Shown here: piece after piece, positions 8,268-15,078 of the stretch | Position numbering within the stretch: position 1 is the first letter of the stretch | Layout of the letters: every line of letters starts with the position of its first letter | Origin: a virus | Taxonomy: Duplodnaviria > Caudoviricetes | Reading direction: 5' to 3' (one strand) | Virus record (IMG/VR): IMGVR_UViG_3300037307_000058 | Coordinates: 3,910-67,909 of that record | DNA: 64,000 nt | The notes under the pieces: generated by a model | Told to the model about the DNA's origin: nothing | Databases searched by the model: none | The model's input: only the letters and a program-made list of their open reading frames with translations | Translations under genes and position numbers: made by a program

Positions 8268-8468
8268 CTACTCCTTTCTCTGTGTTTTGCGTACTGCGTC
8301 GTACGCTGCATCAGCGGCCTCTCGGTCGCCGTCCGACAGGTACATCGTCTGCATCCACGCCTGCCACGCAGCATCCTGCTGCTGCGCTAGTGCATGCCAC
8401 TGCCTGTCCTTCCTGCGTGGCAGGGGCGGCAGGGGTGGCTCATCGTACCAGCGTTGCCAGCGAATCAT
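8268..8468 (-). CDS. Hypothetical Trp/Pro-rich protein (66 aa)
   Basis: ATG directly abuts the 8469 palindrome; no RBS visible. Confidence 0.6.
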   Translation of the reverse strand: MIRWQRWYDEPPLPPLPRRKDRQWHALAQQQDAAWQAWMQTMYLSDGDREAADAAYDAVRKTQRKE

Positions 8469-8486
8469 GTGTTAACGCGTTAACAC
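8469..8486. repeat. Palindromic repeat copy 3
   Basis: GTGTTAACGCGTTAACAC. Confidence 0.95.
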
Positions 8487-8511
8487 GCGCCGTTATCGTG
8501 CGACGACTACA

Positions 8512-8712
8512 CTACCGCTGGGTGTGCACATACTGCAGCACGCGGTGCACCGCCTCGTGCTTGCGGATGTACTCTTCCACGAGGATGTCGATGCACTTGT
8601 TATTGATGTTCCGATGCACGCGCGCCCGCGCCTCGTCGAGTAGGCGCGTGTACTTGGCGAGCAAGTCTTTCGGCACGAACACGTGCTTGTGCTGCTGCTT
8701 GGCCTTCTTCAT
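8512..8712 (-). CDS. Hypothetical basic helical protein (66 aa)
   Basis: GGAGG RBS; TAG stop is embedded in the GCGGTAGTGTAGT motif. Confidence 0.75.
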   Translation of the reverse strand: MKKAKQQHKHVFVPKDLLAKYTRLLDEARARVHRNINNKCIDILVEEYIRKHEAVHRVLQYVHTQR

Positions 8713-8722
8713 GTGTCCTCCC

Positions 8723-8845
8723 TTAGCTTAGCCACCCGAATGCGATGGCGACGATGATGATAACAGCGAGTGCAACCACCACCTTGTCGGCGACGTCCTC
8801 GTGACGCGTGCTCGGATAGCGCCACCACCACGGCATCTTCCTCAT
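8723..8845 (-). CDS. Small single-pass membrane protein (40 aa; not in ORF track)
   Basis: AGGAG RBS; MRKMPWWWRYPSTRHEDVADKVVVALAVIIIVAIAFGWLS. Confidence 0.7.
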   Translation of the reverse strand: MRKMPWWWRYPSTRHEDVADKVVVALAVIIIVAIAFGWLS

Positions 8846-9003
8846 GCCTTCGGCTCCTTCATTGGAGGCTTGTTGATGTGCGACCACATGCCACTGTCGG
8901 CCTTGTAGCCGTACTGCTTGCGCCGCGCCTGCCCGCCGATGCGGGCAGCACGCGAACGCTTCAACTGCGAAGCGAAGTCGTTGCGCTTCTTGTCGCTCAG
9001 CAC
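8842..9003 (-). CDS. Small basic hypothetical protein (53 aa; not in ORF track)
   Basis: GTG-started frame filling the gap, ATGA overlap with downstream gene. Confidence 0.45.
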   Translation of the reverse strand: MLSDKKRNDFASQLKRSRAARIGGQARRKQYGYKADSGMWSHINKPPMKEPKA

Positions 9004-9019
9004 TTCGGCTTGCCTTTCT

Positions 9020-9271
9020 TCATGTGGTTCCCTCCATCAACACCGCTTCCTCCTCGGTCGCGCACCACGCGTGTGCGTTGATGCGGCTGATCGTGAAGCT
9101 GTGATACATGCCGTACTTCACCGGCAGCACGAACTCGTCGGGCCGCGTAACCCATATCCTGCACTTGCCGCTGACCCGGCAACGCATGGGGCGCTTGTCG
9201 GCCCCGCGCAGGTTCTGGTTGTAGAACGTCGTGCCGTGCGTGGCAGCGAGCGCTTGTTCCTTCGTTATCAC
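9020..9271 (-). CDS. Conserved-looking phage hypothetical protein (83 aa)
   Basis: GTG start (M)ITKEQAL...; RCRVSGKCRIWVTRPDEFVLPVKYGMY. Confidence 0.75.
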   Translation of the reverse strand: MITKEQALAATHGTTFYNQNLRGADKRPMRCRVSGKCRIWVTRPDEFVLPVKYGMYHSFTISRINAHAWCATEEEAVLMEGTT

Positions 9272-9282
9272 AGTTCGCCCCC

Positions 9283-9738
9283 CTAGCAGTCGATGTTGAC
9301 CGAGACGTTGTTGCGGATGTACCGCTTGATGTGTTCGTCGAGGTTGTCGTCGGCCCAATCGTCGATGATGGAAGTCACGTCGGTCATGCCCACGGCGTTG
9401 TCGCGCATGTACTCCTGCACATACGCACGCACGTAGTCTCGCGTCGTGTACTCGTTGCCGCGCAGGACGCCGTTGATGGTCTCGGTGAAATCCATGTCGC
9501 TCACGGCGTCGCGAGCGATCTGCCGCACCGTCAAGCGCAGCTCTTCGTCAGAGCGGAACTGCTGCTTGTTGATGAACTCTTGCGCGGCGGCGATGCGCGC
9601 GTCGATCCGCAGGTCGAACTCGTCGCTCGACATGAGCGTGGGTATGTTCTTGCGGAGCACGGCGTGCACCTGCGCGGTGATGCGCTCGACGAGAAGCGTG
9701 ATGATGCCGTCGAGGAATTCGCTGGTCTGCTCGTTCAT
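9283..9738 (-). CDS. Acidic helical hypothetical protein (151 aa)
   Basis: AAGGAG RBS; first clear gene after the 9788 palindrome. Confidence 0.85.
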   Translation of the reverse strand: MNEQTSEFLDGIITLLVERITAQVHAVLRKNIPTLMSSDEFDLRIDARIAAAQEFINKQQFRSDEELRLTVRQIARDAVSDMDFTETINGVLRGNEYTTRDYVRAYVQEYMRDNAVGMTDVTSIIDDWADDNLDEHIKRYIRNNVSVNIDC

Positions 9739-9787
9739 GTGTGTCTCCTTTCGGTTGTGGTAGGTGCTACATGCTGCGTCGTGTGCT

Positions 9788-9805
9788 GTGTTAACGCGTT
9801 AACAC
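9788..9805. repeat. Palindromic repeat copy 4
   Basis: GTGTTAACGCGTTAACAC. Confidence 0.95.
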
Positions 9806-10245
9806 ACTCGCAGCAAACAGCACCCACAGGATGTGGGCGCACCGCACCGGGGCGCGGCAACTACACTACCGCTCCCCGGTACAGGCGGGTCAATGTGCGC
9901 GCCGGGGTAGGCCGTTGTCAGCCCCGGTCGCGGGCGTGCACGGACGTCACGGCGCATGACCATGCGCCCTCCAATGCACTGCCACCCACCAACGCCCCCG
10001 TGCGCTCTGTGCAACTTGATCGGTGCCGGTTTCTCACGGCCCTGACTCTCGCGCGTGACTGTCGTGATGTAGAAGCGGTTCCGTTCCACCATTCGGGTTG
10101 CGCAGCTCACCGGCTTAATGCGGCTCACGCTGCGCGGGCACTCGGTGCCGTTCCCGTGGCTTATTCACCAACCGTTTCGCCACACGCGCTTGCACTCTCA
10201 CACACGGGAGCGTCGGCTTCGACGCTCCGAATTGTGTTCCATAGG

Positions 10246-10263
10246 GTGTTAACGTGTTAACAC
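10246..10263. repeat. Palindromic repeat, variant copy
   Basis: GTGTTAACGTGTTAACAC (one central mismatch). Confidence 0.9.
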
Positions 10264-10310
10264 ACTTGAATCTTTCTATGGTGGGAACAGGGTGTCCTGC
10301 CCCAACCATT

Positions 10311-10339
10311 ATTATAACCCAAGTGGTTAACAATGTCAA
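10311..10339 (-). promoter_or_regulatory. Consensus sigma70 promoter
   Basis: Minus strand TTGACA-(17 nt)-TATAAT; spacer contains a GTTAAC site (10326-10331). Confidence 0.9.
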
Positions 10340-11070
10340 GCGTTTCGCTCCCATGCAAGCGGGTATCTGCCGTCGAGAATGCGTTCGCGCCTCTGCGACC
10401 AGCTATTGATCTCCTGCTTGCGCTTACGCACGTCGAGCTGCAGCAGCTTGCGCTTCTCACGCGCAACGCGCACCGCATCCACCGCAGCGTCGAGATTCGA
10501 CCGCGCCCAGCGCGGCCCCATCGCGCTCGGGTTCTCCTTGCGCGCTTCCATCAGCTCGCGCTCCCAACGCCACTGCGCCTCACGCCGCGCCAGCAGCGCC
10601 GCCGAGTGCGCCGCCTTGGCCTCTGCGTACTCAGTAAGCACAGTTTTCAAATTGCTCGTTAGCAAATCGACATGGGCCTGCGCTCGGGCGGCTCGCCTCG
10701 CACGGTTGCTCAGCACGACGCTGGCCTTCGTGGTCATGGGCGCGAACGCATCCCCAACCTCGGGCGGCTTGAAGTCGGGGGCGGCGGTGTGCTCCTGCGC
10801 GCGTTGGATAGCGGCCCACCACCGGGCCAGCGCATGCAGGTAGAGGCGACGACGGCGGGTGCGGACCGCTGCAGTGAGGTTCGGCTGCAGGTACTCGGAC
10901 TCGGCTGCACGCGCCTTGGACATGGCGCGCTCGACGGTGATGGACTCGTTGAGGTAGCGCATCGACATCGCATGGATGTCGGGCGCGGCCCACGCGTACT
11001 GCTTCTCAGCACACGCGGCGTAGAAGGATTCGAGGATCGGGCAGGAATTGGTGGTTGCTTCCGTGTACAT
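10336..11070 (-). CDS. Hypothetical Ala/Arg-rich coiled-coil protein (244 aa)
   Basis: AGGGAG RBS; its TGA stop overlaps the -35 box of the 10311 promoter. Confidence 0.7.
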   Translation of the reverse strand: MYTEATTNSCPILESFYAACAEKQYAWAAPDIHAMSMRYLNESITVERAMSKARAAESEYLQPNLTAAVRTRRRRLYLHALARWWAAIQRAQEHTAAPDFKPPEVGDAFAPMTTKASVVLSNRARRAARAQAHVDLLTSNLKTVLTEYAEAKAAHSAALLARREAQWRWERELMEARKENPSAMGPRWARSNLDAAVDAVRVAREKRKLLQLDVRKRKQEINSWSQRRERILDGRYPLAWERNA

Positions 11071-11145
11071 GGAATCTCCCTAAGTGCTTGAAGGGGCGGG
11101 GTGTATTTTCTAGGTATTCAAAAGTGATGATAATACAACCGCCCG

Positions 11146-11170
11146 AAAACATACACCCCATGTATGTTTT
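11146..11170. repeat. 10-bp AT-rich inverted repeat
   Basis: AAAACATACA-CCCCA-TGTATGTTTT. Confidence 0.85.
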
Positions 11171-11201
11171 ATCAGTAACACACTTTCGTTGGTGTCTGTG
11201 T

Positions 11202-11219
11202 GTGTTAACGCGTTAACAC
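11202..11219. repeat. Palindromic repeat copy 5
   Basis: GTGTTAACGCGTTAACAC. Confidence 0.95.
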
Positions 11220-11299
11220 GTGCGTATTAGCATGGAGGACTACACTGCCGCGCTTTCTCATGACGAGTATATATGTCAATTACTGCTTCTATTGCTTAT

Positions 11300-11427
11300 T
11301 CTGTTTAGTTGTAAAAATATACCTAGCCTTTCAACGACTTGCAGCAAATCGACGACACCAAAACTTTATAGATTTTGAATAGTCTGTTTAGTTGTAAAAA
11401 ACCGGCCTTGAATCAACGACTTGCAGC
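11300..11427. repeat. Two bipartite direct repeats (~83-bp period) carrying IHF-consensus sites
   Basis: TCTGTTTAGTTGTAAAAA at 11300 and 11383; TCAACGACTTGCAGC at 11331 and 11413; AATCAACGACTTG (11411-11423) matches WATCAANNNNTTR. Confidence 0.8.
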
Positions 11428-11487
11428 GTATTTCGAATATGCCCCATTCCTGAACGGTCTCCGCATCTGGATTACTACACTACCGCT

Positions 11488-11505
11488 GTGTTAACGCGTT
11501 AACAC
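11488..11505. repeat. Palindromic repeat copy 6
   Basis: GTGTTAACGCGTTAACAC immediately adjacent to ACTACACTACCGCT. Confidence 0.95.
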
Positions 11506-11651
11506 ACATGTACGCGCTTGGTACGCACCACGTTTAACGCTTGGATTATGGAGTTCTTTGCTACGTGCGCAGGACGCGCGAGGCGGGGCGAGGACAGGAC
11601 TACTACACTACCGCAGGGAGGGGGCGCGCGAGCGCTCCAAAATCAAGGCAC

Positions 11652-11684
11652 AAAAAAAGGGCGGCACCCCGAAGGGTGCCGCCC
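11652..11684 (-). terminator. Rho-independent terminator
   Basis: Minus strand GGGCGGCACCC-TTCG-GGGTGCCGCCC-TTTTTTT. Confidence 0.92.
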
Positions 11685-11718
11685 ATGTGCTACTCGTACC
11701 GCAAACCCGTTGCTGGCT

Positions 11719-11916
11719 TCATGCTGCCCTCACAATCTCGCGAATGATGCGCTCGCGTTCGTCGCAAGCTTCGAGCCGCACGGCGTCAACTCGTGCGGCG
11801 TACTCTGCTGCGTTGATTTTGCGCTCGTGGTATTCGTGCCGCGCATGCGCTAGCGCGCGGCGTTCGTTCGCTTCGCACTCCCATTCGCGCGCTATCCACA
11901 TTCCAGACTTTGCCAT
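11719..11916 (-). CDS. Small charged helical protein (65 aa)
   Basis: ORF track; ends just before the terminator. Confidence 0.7.
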   Translation of the reverse strand: MAKSGMWIAREWECEANERRALAHARHEYHERKINAAEYAARVDAVRLEACDERERIIREIVRAA

Positions 11917-11959
11917 TGCTAAACCGCGCGGGTTTCCCCGCGCGGCTCCGGTTTATGGG

Positions 11960-12598
11960 TTAGGAGTTTGCGGCCTTCGCGGCCTTCGCGGCTTCGATCA
12001 AGCGCTCGCGAATGGCGTGAATACCGCCCGCGTCAATCGTGGCCTTGCGCGCGACAAGCGCGCGTTCGATCACGTCGAGTGCGTCGAGAATGTTGCTCTC
12101 GACCCATGCGCGCCCCGTTTCCGCCGTGACAACCGTCACGGTGCCGGGCTTCTTCGCGCTATCGTCGGGCTTCGACGCAACGCTCGCGCTTTTGCCACCC
12201 TTCGGCGGGTTTGCTTTGTTGTACGTCGCGCGGAAGGTTTCCGCCGGTTCGTTGTTAGCCATGTACCACGCCACACTGCGCGCGTAGTGCATCTGAACCC
12301 GCACGGTACCGTCGAGGCACCCGCGTTCCGACAGATCGTCGGCTACCATACCGCGCACGTGGGCCTTACCCTTAACGCCGTTACCGAACAACGTTTCCAC
12401 GTGTCGCAAGTAGGCGAGCGGCGTTTCCGATTCCGCGCGCAGCGCTTTGATTGCGGCGAAAACTTCTCCCGCGATGTCGCGGCGTTCGACGTCGTACTCG
12501 TGTTTCGCGACGAATAGCGCAACGTACGCTTCGCTGATAGCGTTGCACGCCTTCCTAACAGCCGCCGGTACTGCCTTTTGCTTCGATTGTGTTTGCAT
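11960..12598 (-). CDS. Hypothetical protein (212 aa), first leftward gene after the strand switch
   Basis: Start reassigned to MQTQSK, GAGGA RBS. Confidence 0.8.
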   Translation of the reverse strand: MQTQSKQKAVPAAVRKACNAISEAYVALFVAKHEYDVERRDIAGEVFAAIKALRAESETPLAYLRHVETLFGNGVKGKAHVRGMVADDLSERGCLDGTVRVQMHYARSVAWYMANNEPAETFRATYNKANPPKGGKSASVASKPDDSAKKPGTVTVVTAETGRAWVESNILDALDVIERALVARKATIDAGGIHAIRERLIEAAKAAKAANS

Positions 12599-12690
12599 AT
12601 CATCCTCTTGGTTTGTCGGCGAGCGGCGCCCGCCGCCCCGTCCCGACAATTCGCATTGTCCCGGTTTTCCGCCGCTGGTCAACCATCGCG

Positions 12691-12714
12691 GTTAACGTGT
12701 TAACGCGTTAACAC
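12691..12714. repeat. Palindromic repeat copy 7 with an extra GTTAAC half-site (triple, 8-bp period)
   Basis: GTTAACGTGTTAACGCGTTAACAC. Confidence 0.95.
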
Positions 12715-12830
12715 CCGCGAAAAGAATTCTTTTCCGGCGAGACCCCCCGCAGGGGGGCCGCGCGCGCGGGCGGGGGTGGGTCCATACCCCCATACCACCC
12801 ACAGTTTTCCCCAAATTTTCCATATTAACC
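12691..12830. other. Strand-switch region with clustered palindromes; candidate genome terminus or packaging (pac/cos) site
   Basis: Triple GTTAAC, GAAAAGAATTCTTTTC, C6-GCA-G6, CCGCGCGCGCGG, directly upstream of the TerS-like gene. Confidence 0.45.
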
Positions 12831-12872
12831 ATCAAGGATAATACCAAAATAGACGCCAGTCACTAACAGCCC

Positions 12873-12900
12873 TTGCATTTCTCCTCATTTGCGTTACCAT
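12873..12900 (+). promoter_or_regulatory. Putative sigma70 promoter for the packaging operon
   Basis: TTGCAT-16-TACCAT; GTG start 7 nt downstream. Confidence 0.5.
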
Positions 12901-12906
12901 GCGCCC

Positions 12907-13128
12907 GTGCGAGCCAAGACATGCCCCGTCTGCAAGCAGGAGAAGCCTGTGACCGCGTTCGGTCGCAACAAGCAGGCTCTCGACGGCCTTCACTACTACT
13001 GCAAGCCCTGTGCTGCAGAGCGCCAGCGCGCGTGGGCGGCAGCTAACCCCGAGAAGGTGAAGGCCATGCGGGCGGAATACCTCAAGGGGGTGCGAGAGGC
13101 CAACGCGCAGCGAGACCCCTATGAGTGA
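12907..13128 (+). CDS. Zinc-finger protein resembling the N-terminal CxxC...CxxC module of phage HNH endonucleases, without nuclease domain
   Basis: KTCPVCKQEKPVTAFGRNKQALDGLHYYCKPC. Confidence 0.75.
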   Translation: MRAKTCPVCKQEKPVTAFGRNKQALDGLHYYCKPCAAERQRAWAAANPEKVKAMRAEYLKGVREANAQRDPYE

Positions 13129-13627
13129 GCACGACGTTGATCTCGGCGATCTCGACAGCCTCATGTCGAACGCGCCCCTCCCCGCTATCGAACACCTCCC
13201 TGCGGTGCAGGAGACCCCTGCGCACCCGCTCATCAAGCCGCACGACCCCGCGCTGTTGGGCTTCCCGCCCATGCTGCCCATCGAACTCGCGATGCGCGTC
13301 GCGCCGGTCAAGGACATCTGCGAAGCCTACGGTCTCAGCAAGGAGGAGTTCATCGAGATCACCAAGGACGCGGTGTTCGCCAAGGCGTACGAGAACGCCT
13401 GCGACGAGCTGAAGAAGGACGGCATGAGCTTCCGCATCAAGGCGAAGCTGCAGGCCGAAGAGCTGCTGAAGAAGTCGTGGTCGATGATCCACTCCGATCA
13501 CACGCCGTCGAACATCAAAGCCGACCTCATCAAGTCCACGATCCGGTGGGCTGGGTATGAGCCGAAAGGCGACAACAACGCAGGCGGGGTGGGCAATGCG
13601 TTCCAGATCAACATCAACTTGGGCTAG
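13121..13627 (+). CDS. Putative terminase small subunit
   Basis: 168 aa, helical with N-terminal HTH-like segment and C-terminal 'FQININLG' strand; positioned ahead of TerL. Confidence 0.6.
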   Translation: MSEHDVDLGDLDSLMSNAPLPAIEHLPAVQETPAHPLIKPHDPALLGFPPMLPIELAMRVAPVKDICEAYGLSKEEFIEITKDAVFAKAYENACDELKKDGMSFRIKAKLQAEELLKKSWSMIHSDHTPSNIKADLIKSTIRWAGYEPKGDNNAGGVGNAFQININLG

Positions 13628-13652
13628 ACTCGGCGCGCTCTACGAAGAGTGG

Positions 13653-13802
13653 GTGCGCCAAGCGCCGTGGAGCATCCAGAAGGCTTCGCGGTTCGTCTTG
13701 CTCATGTCCATCGTGTTGTGGGCTGGCATCATCGCCCTTGTCTACGCCACGTACAACTTCTGGTCGGGCTTCATCACTCTCGCGAAAGGACTGCTGTCAT
13801 GA
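13653..13802 (+). CDS. Small membrane protein (49 aa)
   Basis: FVLLMSIVLWAGIIALVYATYNFW hydrophobic span; ATGA overlap with next gene. Confidence 0.55.
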   Translation: MRQAPWSIQKASRFVLLMSIVLWAGIIALVYATYNFWSGFITLAKGLLS

Positions 13803-14245
13803 ACACCGCGTTCTACTACGTCAAACTGTTCTCCAAGGCTGTGCTTGCCACCGCCGTGCTCATGGCGGCTGTACTCCTGTTCGCAGTGACGACGGCCGCG
13901 CTTGCTGGTGCGCAGACCATCGCGTGCGACGCCGACTCGCGCGCGACGCACACGTCGATCCAGTTCTGCACGTCGATCAACACCTCGACGACTCCCGCGA
14001 CGTGCAACACGTGGGGCGCGTGGGGACCGGACACGCCCGTCGTGCCGGGGCCGACCGCGAGCATCGACCTATGCAATCACAGCGTCGCGACCGTGGCGGT
14101 GGGCAACCACATCGTGCGCGTCAAGGCCATCGACATCGCATCGGCGTGGACGGGCGGGCGTGAGGAGAGCGCCCCATCGGCCCCTTTTGCCTTCGCGCGA
14201 CCGGCAGCGTTGGCTACGCCCGGTGGTATTCGGCTAGTCCCCTGA
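13799..14245 (+). CDS. Exported beta-sandwich (FN3/Ig-like) protein with signal peptide
   Basis: AAGGA RBS; hydrophobic N-terminus ending ALA-GAQ; four Cys; 'HIVRVKAID...ESAPSAP' FN3-like C-terminal strands. Confidence 0.7.
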   Translation: MNTAFYYVKLFSKAVLATAVLMAAVLLFAVTTAALAGAQTIACDADSRATHTSIQFCTSINTSTTPATCNTWGAWGPDTPVVPGPTASIDLCNHSVATVAVGNHIVRVKAIDIASAWTGGREESAPSAPFAFARPAALATPGGIRLVP

Positions 14246-14301
14246 TCTCACGCTCGAAGGCTGGCGTGACGAAGTTGTTCTGTTAACTCAAGGAGAGGAA
14301 C

Positions 14302-14781
14302 ATGGACTCGGAACTGATCGGCATCCTGAACTCGATCAACGCGCGGCTCAAGGTGCTGGAGCAGCAAGCAGGGATCGCGCCGAGCGCCCCCGGTGCCCCG
14401 GTGGTCCCGCCCGAACCCGCGTACCCGCGCATGACGACCGTTCGCGGGGCCAACGTCATGCTCAACGCTCCGGTCCACCCGAAGTGGCTTCCGGACATGG
14501 CTTCGCTCGTCTTCGGGTACCCCGGCGCGGTCGTCAGCGACCCATCGAACGCGCCGCCGGGGTACCCGAACCGCAGCTCCGGCGGGTGGCCGCTGCACTA
14601 CGGTGGCGTGGCGTGGAACTCGGTGGCGCAGGAGTGGGTCGGCCCCCCGCTGGGACCGGGGGTCATCACCAACGAGGGCCGTCTGTTCAACTCCGAGGCC
14701 GAGGCCGAGGCGTGGTCCGACAAGCGCATGTCGGAAGTCCCCGACCCGATGTGGGGGCAGACGACGCGGAGGCTCGGATGA
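14302..14781 (+). CDS. Hypothetical Pro/Gly-rich protein (159 aa)
   Basis: AAGGAG RBS; a GTTAAC site lies just upstream (14282). Confidence 0.8.
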   Translation: MDSELIGILNSINARLKVLEQQAGIAPSAPGAPVVPPEPAYPRMTTVRGANVMLNAPVHPKWLPDMASLVFGYPGAVVSDPSNAPPGYPNRSSGGWPLHYGGVAWNSVAQEWVGPPLGPGVITNEGRLFNSEAEAEAWSDKRMSEVPDPMWGQTTRRLG

Positions 14782-15077
14782 TCTCGAACCGCCCCCCGCA
14801 GCAGATGGAGTTCGATTTCGGCTATCCGCCGCTGACGCCGGTCGAGCGCAACGCAGTGCTCGACGCGCCGCCAAGCGAGCCGGGTGCTGACCCGTGGGCG
14901 CACCGCAGCGCGAAGATGAAGTGCAGCACGTGCATGTGGTACGCGCCAAAGGTCACGCCGGAAGGTGTGTCGGTACTAGGCCGCTGCCGTCGCCACGCAC
15001 CCACGATGAACGGCTTCCCGGCAGTCTTCGTCACCGATTGGTGCGGGGATCACAAGCTCGACGAGAAGATGGTGTGA
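14778..15077 (+). CDS. Small Cys-rich metal-binding protein (99 aa)
   Basis: CSTC...GRCRRHAP...FP.V...DWCGDHK; ATGA overlap. Confidence 0.75.
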   Translation: MISNRPPQQMEFDFGYPPLTPVERNAVLDAPPSEPGADPWAHRSAKMKCSTCMWYAPKVTPEGVSVLGRCRRHAPTMNGFPAVFVTDWCGDHKLDEKMV

Positions 15078-15078
15078 C

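Larger units (their letters stand above)
9745..10304 (-). ncRNA. Candidate structured non-coding RNA or long 5' leader
   Basis: Starts just downstream of a perfect TTGACA-17-TATAAT promoter; hairpins at 10207-10228, 9951-9968, 9902-9927, 9846-9880, 9823-9837 plus two GTTAAC palindromes; no RBS-led ORF. Confidence 0.4.

Noticed and set aside
9799-10128. 109-aa ORF in the structured leader
   Set aside because: GTG start without SD, runs through several hairpins and ends in the palindrome; treated as probably non-coding, though not excluded
10140-10200. tRNA-like start (GCGCGTGTGGCGAAACGG on the minus strand)
   Set aside because: No T-loop (GTTCRA) or cloverleaf closure at a suitable distance
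3284-11614. GCGGTAGTGTAGT as a conserved RNA stem-loop
   Set aside because: It pairs with flanking bases at 9860 and partly at 8506, but the pairing register is not kept in the other copies
3248-12714. Palindromic repeats as a CRISPR array
   Set aside because: Copies are 0.3-3.1 kb apart with whole genes between them; no 30-40 nt spacers and no cas genes
3248-12714. Palindromes as integron attC sites
   Set aside because: Only 18 bp, perfectly paired with no extrahelical bases, no match to RYYYAAC/GTTRRRY ends, and no integrase in the window
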